A stretch of DNA of 64,000 bases, taken from assembly GCA_964035545.1 (NCBI GenBank), contig OZ037768.1, forward strand, positions 17,095,875 to 17,159,874, read 5' to 3'. Below the pieces are notes generated by a model. The model had not been told where the DNA came from. It searched no databases and saw only the letters and a program-made list of their open reading frames with translations. The stretch comes from Bugula neritina. Lineage: Eukaryota; Animalia; Bryozoa. Positions 13,219-24,090 of this stretch are shown in pieces. The position numbers were made by a program, and so were the translations under genes. Position 1 is the stretch's first letter. Every line of letters begins with the position of its first letter.

Positions 13219-16200
13219 CTACGATGCTCGAAACTTAGGAAAGCACAAACCAAACCGTGTCTCTACCCCCTCAAACGTGGGTCGGACATATTTGTAGCCT
13301 CCAATGTGGTCGGGATTTGGTGGAACAAAATCTTCAATTGAGCGCCCTGTGGTTGAGCCCTCTGGCTTTCTGTAAATTAGATGTATTAGTAAAGCATTTC
13401 TTAATTGCAGATGATCTAGTTATCTGCAATAGAGAGGGAGGAAGGGTAGAAGAGAGATTAGAGGCATGGCGCGGACATTTAGAGGACGCAGGTCTCAAGG
13501 TGAGCCGGAAGAAAACTGAGCATCTTCCACCAAGGAAAAGCACAACCAGGATCAGAATGAAAAAATATGACCAGGAAGACTACACTGAGCTACCAACAAC
13601 TAACAAGTTCAAGTATCTGGAGACAGTGATAGATCAGGATGGAGGCTGTGAGGCGGAAGTCACAAGAAGAATAAGTGCAGCATGGGATAGATGGAGAGAC
13701 CTATCAGGAGTTATGTGTGATAAAAAAGTGCCTAAACAACTGAAGGTATTACTCTACAAAACAATCATAAAACCAACACTGATATATGGCAATGAAACAT
13801 GGCCCATCACCCAGAGGCAAGAACAAAGGATAGAGGCAACCGAAATGCGAATGCTCAGACACACACAGGGAATAAACTGGGGGCTCATGTTAGGAATGAA
13901 GGCATAAGAAGCGAAGCTAAGGTTAAACCTGTGTCTAGGTATATGAGGAAGAGAAGACTTCAGTGGTATGGTCATGTGCAGAGGAGAGATAGTGAAGAGG
14001 ATATTAAATATGTGGCTGAGTTGAAAATAGTGGGGAAGAGAAAGAGAGGACGACCCAAACGAAGATGGATGGACACGATAGGAGATGACATGAAGCGATG
14101 GGATCTTAAACCAGAGGATGCAGAAGACCGGGAAAGATGGCAGACGCTGATAGAGATTGGAAACCTGCAGACCGGTCACCCGTACAGGGATACGACCGTA
14201 TAGGTGTGAAAGGTGTGAAAGTAAAGCATTTCTTAATAGTATTAGAAGATAATTCACCCCGCAGAAAGCCAGCTTTTCCCGTTAAAGATAGACTGCATTG
14301 TAAAAAAAAATCCATTGCTATTGCCAAAAGCGTGACTAATAATACATGATAAAATGTACCCTGATTCACAATCTTCAGTCAGAAATTCAATTTGGCCGAG
14401 TTGAAATTTCACTGATTTACGTTGCACTTTAAAAGCTACTTATCAATTTGTTGTACTGTGATAACTTAATCGGCAGATTTCAGAAAGATAACCAAAAGAA
14501 ATAATAACTCCTTGTAGATATCGATATTTAATTATGACTTTAGTGATTAGATGGCATAACTGAAAAGTGTTAAATAAAGCTTCATCGATTCAAGATAAAG
14601 CTAAGTTTTATGTTTATAATTATATTAGCCTACGATTTCTCAATTATCGATTTTGTGCTGCCAGCTTGACTGATTCCTTACGTTTTCAAAGGGCATCAAA
14701 TAGCGATTAAGCGAGTCTTATTTCATTATTAAAAAGTGAACTTCCCCATCAATATTATTTCAAAGATGTTCAGTAAACCTATAAACGAGTGAGATTAACT
14801 GAAACTCGGTAATTTTTTTCGCAGAGGTATAAACGCAACTTTACACATACAATAATGAGTTTAGAACTAACCTGCCACCAAAGTCGACGTAAAAGAAACG
14901 GTGAAGCATTTCGTAAGTGACGAGAGTGACTGCAAACTGTGGTGATGATCGGAACACTCGTGCTACAATGATGAACACAATGGACTTAACACATACTCAG
15001 TATCAGATGCATTATAAATATGAAGATTACATATAAACATATATTTTATAACATGCTTCGAAAAGTAACTATCTAAAAAATCATCTGTTCAAACAACACA
15101 GCTATTAGTAGACTGAACGGCCATAATCTAGTAAAAGCTTCATCTAAGCATTGCCGTGAGTCAAGATTAATGGTGCTATTGGTGAGTTGTCTCCCCCATT
15201 GTCCGAACCCCAAAAGCTAAACTAGTGAAACAGCTCACAGCTGGTCAACTGATTTGATCAAGTACTAATCCTACGATCTTACCAGGTGCTCCTTTCCAAA
15301 GAGCTCTTCCACCCTCTTCTTTCAAGATGGTCTTGAAGCAGTGGAACACTCCGTTGTATGTAGTCTGACCGGCCCGTGCTGTCACTTGCAATCTTGTCTT
15401 TATGACATCAGCAGGGGTGACCAAGGAAGCCGCAGGTGCACCTACAATTTTAAGGATAAAAAAACTCACACAAGTCTATAGTCACCAGTCCTGTGAGAAA
15501 AACTCTGATGGAAATGGGAATTTTCAAAGTAGGCGAAGGATCTATTCAGATGGGGCACAGGAGCAATTATGATTGGATGCTCTTTCTAACATCACCATAG
15601 GCCTTCGTCGGGCTCGAACCCATGACTTCGTGCTTACTAGACAAACACTCTAACCCGTAGACCACGGCTGATCCTTACAGTTTTAATGATCAAATTCATA
15701 TAAAATTACAGAGATTCAAAACTTTGGTAAACCAATGATGCACACTTCCATTTCATCATACCCACAGTTTAGTTTATGAACAATGATGACATATTTATTT
15801 GAATAAATCAAGCAATAGTATTCTTGAAAAAGTGAATAATTTACCCGCTATGAAAGCTGCTGCCAAAAGAGTCAGCGGTGTATTGTACCCATTTTCATCA
15901 GCGAATTTCTTCTTAAGGTGAGCATAAGTAGGGAAGTATATTGCCGAAAATGGAATGTCCCTGAGAAAGCAGGCCCTTGCTCCCTAGAAAAATATTATAA
16001 AATTAACGCCATAGTTACATTTTAAATATATCCAATGAAGTACACCACTATTATTTACACAACTAAGAATTACTTAATTCAACCTCAAGATGTATAATTT
16101 CATATTGTGTTAGGAAAGAAAACAAAGAAACAGAAAGTACTTTATAAAGCCCAAAGAAGCCAAGCTCCTTGATCACTTGAATAGCACTGGGTCGGGCCGC

Positions 16201-19200
16201 AGAGGAAACCTCCCCTGCCACCTGTAGCCGGATCTTCACTATTTCCAGCGGGTTTGTAAACATGACCTGCGACGCACCAGCCTAAAACACGAGTTATAAA
16301 TGTGTTGTAGCATACAAACTAAAAATTGTCAATTTATTAGAAAATGATTGAAATTATAGAATTTATATACAAGCTCCAAACTAAAACAAGCGATTGTCAG
16401 ATTTGCATCAGCGGATTATTTGCAATAGCAAATAGCAAATAGGCAAGTCATGGAGTAACACTAGCCAACAGATACCTACCATGCCACCTGCAATACACTC
16501 GGACATAAAGGTTATGCTTCCATCAGAACCTGACAGCTTGCCTCTCATAAGATCATTCACCTATAAGGAAAGTAAATAAACAGTACGACTCAAAACATCC
16601 AGCAAAGAAAATGGATGCACAAAAAGCATGCTTGAGACTAAAATAAAAGTTTATCCAATTCTGTTAGCTTACCGTCAGTTTTATAGCCTTCTCAGGAGCT
16701 ACACCAACCAGCTGTGGTGCTAGCCCTCGGTACAGTCCACTGACACCTTCAAACCTGAGGACTTTCTTGAAGCAATCCCAGCTGTTCTTGTACATGACTT
16801 CTCCAACTAAAGTCGTACGCTGATTCTGCATTCGAGTTTTCACCAAATCAATGGGGTAAACTGCGGTAGCACCGGTTGCTGTAAAGTAGTATAAAGAATA
16901 GCTGTGATATGACCTAATTTACCAAACTTCAACAATATCCACTGTTGGTTGTAAATAGATCATACTGTTGTAAAAAATACTTTGATGATTTAGTTACAAA
17001 CATAACCCAACATAGTGACGCTTAAACCATTTTTCCATAAGTTTGGAAAGAGATTGGTGATCAACATGAACGCCCATGAGTTTGCCAGTAGTAAAGAAAG
17101 ATCATATATTGTTCGCAAATCTTCGCAGTGTGTTAAAAGCATACGTTGATATACACACACAGAAATGAATGGGCCAAGTTGTATGATCATCAATAACTAA
17201 ACAGTGTCGAACTGGAAGTTAGTTGAAGATGTGGAAAGATAAAGTCCTGCTTTTGGGTGAATTGAAACAAATGCATTCCCAACAAATGATGATTTTACAA
17301 AAACTATTATTTACCTCCAGCAATTGAGCCAAGGAAAAATCTGTAAAAATTTTCCAGAACTTGCATAAAAGCACTTTGACCTTCACTGTGGGCTGCATCA
17401 GACTCCTTCATATTTGCTATTGTCTACCAACGGTCAGAAATATAAAATACTATTACGTAAGGAAGGTTCAAGAGGATATTCAAAGTTATGACCATTAACC
17501 AATGATAGCATTGCCAACATCAAATCGCTGATACATCCCTATAAAAACTACATTATAAAGATAATGAAACTTAATGAAAACTTATTAAAATATATGAAAT
17601 TAATAATAATATCGTATGCAATTGAAGTATTTAAAAAAGTTATTGAGTTAATGCATACTAACTAATTTCACGATAGGGTTATTGAAAAACTTGTTTTGTT
17701 AGAACATACTTGGAAATGAATATGTCAAAGTTACATTTAACACCAAAAGCATTTAGCTATTTAGTTAGTTAAAATATTTTTAATATGATGAAATGCGCTG
17801 CTTCCAGTAAAACCTTTGAACCCTTGGATGCCTCTAATTCATCAGAACAACCTTAATTAGCTCATCATTTACATCTCTCTAGCTTGACAGAATATAATAC
17901 GTTCAACAACATCAAATTGTTGGGTTTTCATAGTTGATTTAAAATACGGCTTCAGATAAAGAAATTTAACTCACACCCAAAGTGACTGACTGCAAGGCGT
18001 AGGGCATCTTCTCAACATCAAGTGGAGCCACGGCATCAAGGTCAGAATATACGAGTCGCCTAAAAATATACGTTAGCTTTATATAATCACACAGTATATA
18101 AAGCATAAAACAGCAATTCATGTGATTACTTCAACTAACTGTAACAAAAAAGTATTTGACTCAAATTACAAAATTATATTTAGGATATAATATCCTAATT
18201 ATGGTCAAACAGCTAAATAACAAGAAATTAAAAATTTAGAATCAAATATGATTAAAGTTTGCTCTAACAAATGATCCAAATTCAAATATTGGACTTCTAG
18301 AAAATTCTTTCTGTGTAAAGAAAAAGACATGAAAGTGAATAACTTTTTAGCTTTAATTAAATGCAACAGCATCTAACACGTGTTTAGTATTCAACATAGC
18401 AAAAAATTCAAAAACAAAAAGTATAGCAAGCCTACAATATACCGTAATCAGTAAATAATTTCATGGCAGCAAATGCCAGTTTAACACAACGACATACCCA
18501 TCTTTGTGCATCAAGCCTGTGAGTTGGTACAATATTCGAACTTCCATGGGAGTGACTTGAGTGAAATTCTGAGCATTTCTCAAAAATTCTCCTACAAGTT
18601 AATTGAAAGTCAAGAGATTACAGAATTATATGCAGTTGCCTATTACAACATAATAGTAACAGCTATTCACTTGCTCACACATAAACCCCCCCCCCCCCCC
18701 CCCCCATTGACATGTACACCTATATGACTACAAATTTACTGGCATTATACAGCACAATTAATGCTAGCAAATCAACAAGTGAGCTTTGAATTCAGCATCG
18801 CCAATGCTACCAACTTATGTACACTGCATATATTCATTAAGAAAATTCATCGTTGTGCTTTAAACCATTCCTTATGATGAAATAATATGCTCTGTTAATG
18901 ACAACAGCTATTATCGATTACACTCCCAGAGAAATATTTTTACAAAAATAGTAAGCATAAACTATTCATTACACTCACCTTGTGCGACCGTTTTCTCCTT
19001 GTTTTTCTCAGCCACTTGCAAGTATATCTTCTTCATCAACTCCATGTTGTTGAGGAGAGAAATCAAGCCTTTGAAATACGGATATGTAATCAATTCGGAG
19101 TCGGCATCACCTAGCTTTAAAGCACAAATGAAGAGCATAACTCCAATACTACAGAAAACTAATTTTTTTTATTTAGTTTTTGCCCCCAAACAAATCAGTA

Positions 19201-21323
19201 AATGATTGCAAAATTTTGCTACTTTTTATATATAAAAAACATATTAAAAGTATAATTCTAGCTCAACAAAACAATTATGCCAACTTAATGAACAACTCAT
19301 GTAATGTGAAAGTAGCTACGCTCTACAAATCCAGCTACCATTGGCCTTACCGAAGTTATGCTTTCCTCAACATAGGGAGAAAGCAGATGTGGGCATATGT
19401 TGACCAATATCTTCTTTAAATCTTTCAAAGTGATGGAACCACTTCTATTTTCGTCAAACTTTCTGAAAGCCTGAAGAGCATGCTCTTCTTGATACTCCTA
19501 ATAATATTTACAAGGTGATTAATTGTACTATACCGTTGGGTTATCACAGAACTGCACTCTATATTGCATATAGTTGCTAGTATTTCTGCACAATATTGTT
19601 CTATATTATGTGCCGTAATTAAATGATTATTTTTTCACTTGGGGTTAGTTTTTTAAAAAATATTCAGCAGGCTACAGTTGCACTTGCAATGTGACACATA
19701 ATCTCTAGCTGCAAATTTATCATAATAAAATTACATCTGCACCATTCATTCTAGCACAGTACACTCATCAGGTATTATACATTTAAGTACTGCTACATGT
19801 GCAACACTAATAGGTAACCAGGTCACACGAGTTAGTCTGATTGGTGCAAGAATACAAGTGAATGAATAGAAAAAGAACTCGTATTGTTAGACAGAAAGAC
19901 ATACCCACAGAACTTGAGTGAACTCATGGTAAGAGATGGAGCGATCTCTTTTGGCGCCAAAATGAAGCTTCACAAATTCTGTGTCAAAATTGAACTTGAC
20001 AAACTTGTTTAGAACTGTGTGTTGCAGCGTGTTACGGAATTCATCTGGAAATTCAAACTTCTATACAACAACTCATAACAAAAGCTGATTGCACCACAAG
20101 ATGGCATGTCAATCACTAATCAATATTTTTTTCTTTTTGCAAAAATAAGCAAAAAAAATTGCATATGGAACCATAACAAGAAAAAAAATTCCCCATAGAT
20201 TGTATAAAACGCAGAAATAAATCAAGTATAACAGTTTGTGAGAGATTACCAAAAGAAAGGACACCAGTGGCATTCCTGTCAAATATTTTGAACGCCACCC
20301 TGTAGAGAGCATCAGGTTGACAAAGCAGCCCTTCAAAATGCTGAAACTCATCAAAGTTGATATATCTAAAAGCCAAAGAAAAACAATTAAAGATCAATGA
20401 AAAAAATCAGCTCAGCTAATGCATCAAAACGGCTAAACCAGACATTAATATTGTAGGAGTATTTATAACAAGATCTGTCCTAAGCAAGAATCTTAAGAGT
20501 ACGAGTAGGAAAACTTCTAGTAACCATTCTAATAAGCTATGCACTCTGGCATAAAGTTCATTGCTAAAATATTCAATTCAACAATGCAAAATGCTATTAA
20601 AAAGCTGCTATTAAAATATCCTTTGGATGAGTCAACTCTAGCCTGCAGATGGCAAACAAGATAATTCTGCACACAGACTAGCACATATGGTACAGTAGGC
20701 CGATAGATCTTGCGTTGTTTTAGAAATTTCATGTGAATCAAGCACAGAAGTACTCATTTACCCAGTGCACAAGCTATCCACTGTGTGGCCAAGCAGCTGT
20801 AAAGTGTCTTGATTATAGTTTTCCTCTTGCATCAAACCCAGATAGTTCTGAATGAAATCTGTATAAGACATCACCTTCTCGCCGTCAACTGTCTTTGATG
20901 CATACTAAATTAAAACAATAAAAATTTAAAAGGAATTAATTTTATATATATTATTGCATGTTGTAAAACACCTAAAAAGTTGGAAATGAAACAACAAACA
21001 ACAAATTCAAGTGTTTGGTGAATGAGATACTGTCAATACTTGATATAAACTAAGCAAACTGTAAAACAGCTTTCAACAAGCAACCTACCTTGAGAAAAAC
21101 TTCTTTCAAATTTTCTGTATTTGCCCGGGCAATGTTGGAGGTAGGTAGTTGCTATAAATACATCATACAATACGTTAAACAAACTTTTCACGTTATATTC
21201 TAATAAATACATCGAATCTGAATTGAATGTCTTCAAACACTTACAGGTAAAGGTTCACACCTAGCGGAGCTACACAGGGAGTCCATTGCATCAAGTCGTT
21301 TGAATGCCTGGCGCAGATCTAGG
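13219..21323 (-). CDS. SLC25A12: Ca2+-binding mitochondrial aspartate/glutamate carrier (aralar/citrin, SLC25A12/13)
   Basis: EF-hand N-terminal exons (21245-21323, 21089-21151, 20762-20904, ~20250-20365, ~19905-20044, ~19350-19496, ~18979-19111, ~18498-18592, ~17976-18059). Carrier exons 17315-17423, 16673-16878 ([14 protein letters not shown]...[11 protein letters not shown]), 16480-16560, 16141-16281 ([12 protein letters not shown]), 15845-15983, 15283-15441 ([11 protein letters not shown]), 14872-14962. Last exon 13219-13369 (PNPDHIGGY...FGLCFPKF). The true start codon is uncertain and may be further upstream. Confidence 0.93.
13406..14220 (+). mobile_element. 5'-truncated RTE-clade LINE with 17-bp TSD
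   Basis: Begins at the RT (F)ADD motif. Contains [37 protein letters not shown] and, after one frameshift, [11 protein letters not shown]...[12 protein letters not shown]. 3' tail (GGTGTGAAA)2. TSD GTAAAGCATTTCTTAAT at 13389-13405 and 14221-14237. Confidence 0.93.
15463..15674 (-). mobile_element. Full-length tRNA-derived SINE next to an SLC25A12 splice acceptor
   Basis: Reverse complement has A-box/B-box head (CCGTGGTCTACGGGTTAG...GGGTTCGAGCCC) and the family tail. Degenerate TSD: CTACAATTTTAAGGAT (15442) and TTACAGTTTTAATGAT (15675). Confidence 0.88.
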
Positions 21324-22939
21324 CTAAAAAATAAGAATATTAATAAAATAATTGTTTTAGGTAATTACAGACTCAGTCATAGAAAACAAATTTTAATTAA
21401 AAAAACTTGGAAATTGGAAGAAACCTTTTAGCAAGAAATTTGTATTGCAAATTGCATAATCCTAACTAGGTAATTTGCAATACAGCTCTGCTAACTTGGC
21501 AAGTTGACAAGCATGTAATTGGGTAAACATTAATGAATTACAATGCATGCAGTGCCCTGCGCACGGCCAGTTTTCATGATTTGTGCAGTGAAGTGCGACT
21601 CACCAGATTAACATTAGAATGCGGAATTGTTTTCAAAAACAAAAGCATGCATGAAATTCGTGATGCAAACCATGTTGTTCTAAGGGTCATTTAAATGGTA
21701 TCAGAAAATGCTAAAAATATAATTCTTATTACGTAATGAGACATTAACAAATAATTTTATTGTTCATCAGTAATTTTTAGACTAATTGTATGAAAAAATT
21801 GATAAAGACTATAATATCAATAAGTTTAAAACATTTTTTAGGTTAAAGGTCTTCTGCGAATTTTTGTCTCATTAGAAAGCTGGCAAGTTACAAATTCCAA
21901 CTTACATATTGTTATGCACACTGTCAAAGTATATTCTACAACATGTGAAAACAACATGCTTGATACTTGCATACTGCATTCATAGGGAGTGTTTCTTCCT
22001 ACATCATCATACCAGGTCGACACAGCAAGCTTTATAACTTTTTTGAAAAATAAAATGTAGGCGGCAGAAGAAATGTCAGTGTTTAAAAACATAAAACTAT
22101 GTACACCTGAATCAATTGCATTTCAACTTTAGGCTACAGCTGTAGTATTTGCTAAAACTAATATCTATAATTTGTAACTCAAAGCAGCTGTTATAGTTTA
22201 TCAGTATGTCTAATTGACTTAGGCCTATATATGGCAAGGAAGAGAAACAGTTTTATAAACTTAATTCAAATTTTAAAAAACACAAAACAATTACATCAAG
22301 TAAAATAGTTATTTCTCATTGATTGAAAAAATCAAAATAACAAGTAAATTTAAAAAGTATACCAGTATGTTTCTTCAAGTGAAATTGCTAAGCCTTTCTA
22401 AAAATTACTTACAAACAAATTGAAATCCGGGTTGAATAGAAGTTTGTTTTGCTTTATTTCAATTCATCAAAAAATTTTAATAAAAAGTAGAAAAAATATG
22501 GGGTGTCTACCAAAAGGAAGTAATGATGAAGTCCATTTACCGGCCAATAGCAAAGCTAGTGGAGGCCCAAAATGGTCAGCAACCAATCAGTTAATGCATA
22601 TATTCCCATCAAGAAGGCTGCACCTTACACCCACCCTGAATGCTTTGGAATCAGACAAACTTTTGCAAGTATTGCATGAACCAATACAAAATTTTAAGAT
22701 GAAGATGGCAATAAAATTATTGATATAATTTTAGCAGTAATGAGTATATGACATGGTCAATTTGAATAATATATTAGACTAGCTGCAGCTTCACACATAT
22801 CCTACACTGTAAGTGTAAAATAATTTAGCTATGCAACAAGCTTTCAATACTATTTTGTTAAAATATTTAGATATTTAATTTTGTGGTTAAACATTTTTCA
22901 CAACAAAACTTTCATTTTTAAACAGAAGAAAATAGGAAA

Positions 22940-23695
22940 TATTATTACTCAATCTTATACTTTTAATCTATATACTTATAGTATAGTTATACCTATACGT
23001 ATTAATTATTAGTTATTTACTCTTAATTTTGCAGTTACAGTATCAGTAAGTGAGTATGAGTAGTTTAATTTAAAATTAACATTTATTTAATAAATATTAA
23101 TTGTAATTATAAATTAATGTTTACTCATATTTACTTCTATTATTGAAACGTTAAAAAAATTTAACATTTTGATAATTATAATGATAATCATTTTTATAAA
23201 TCAGTAATCATCTAAAGATAATGATAATCATAATAATCACATAATTATAATCTTACTTAATCTTATACTGATAAAAATAGACAATAGTCATACTCATAAT
23301 CACCATCAAGTATCAACTTGAACTTCAAGTATCATAATCAATATTATTGAATAATATTAATAATATCATTATCGTAGTGAGACGATTTTAAGTTCAACAA
23401 TCAGTATCACGCACAATCACTATCAGTATCAACTATCATTGTGATTGTAGGTGTATGACTATGAGTATGACTATGAGTATGAGCATCCGTACGACTATGA
23501 GTATGAGTATCACTATCAGTATGACTCAGTATGAGTATCATTTAGTTATAGTAATAGAAATTTAAATCTAATTCTTATAGTTATTCTAACACTGTTAGTA
23601 ACACTAACAGTAACACTAAGTGACTAACTTACTGTAATTGTAAGTGTAAGTCATTGTCAAAGTGAAAGTGTAACTAATAAGTAAATTCAAGCTAT
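22940..23695. repeat. Triplet-periodic tract (SLC25A12 side of promoter)
   Basis: (ATAATC)n, (AGTATG/ACTATG)n, (ACTAAC)n, (AAGTGT)n. Confidence 0.85.
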
Positions 23696-23699
23696 AGCA

Positions 23700-24090
23700 T
23701 GTGGCTGTAAATGTTGTACAATTATTATTTATCCAATCTTGTCACTCAAAGGTATGTAATTGCAGATAATTTTAGAGAGGCTTATGCTTAAACTTGAAGT
23801 TTTTTGCCACCTGTACTGCCAAAGCTGCAAATCCTGCATCTAATTATGACTTTGCACGACATGCCGGCCACCGTCATATTCCAACCATATAGAGACAGTG
23901 TGCATGAGAGATCAGTGGAGAACGTGTAACCCTCCTTTGCGAGTAATGAGCTGTAAAGAATTTGACAGTTTACAGTATTTAGCTTAGAAAAGACCGATGC
24001 AGGTAGACATGTTTCAGTAGACTAACAATCGGCTGTGTAAAATCTACGCCCATTAGTTCTCCACAAAAATGCCTGTGATGGCGGGTAAGT
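23700..24090. promoter_or_regulatory. Putative bidirectional promoter core SLC25A12/HAT1, including HAT1 first coding exon
   Basis: CpG-retaining island that ends in ATGGCGG|GTAAGT (24078-24084), which splices in frame to the HAT1 exon at 27012. Confidence 0.7.

Noticed and set aside
13754-14257. 167-aa minus-strand ORF and other short ORFs over the RTE
   Set aside because: Antisense shadow frames of the LINE coding sequence.
18685-18705. Poly-C run (also 51371-51387; (TA)n at ~42050-42081)
   Set aside because: Ordinary homopolymer or microsatellite with no further structure.
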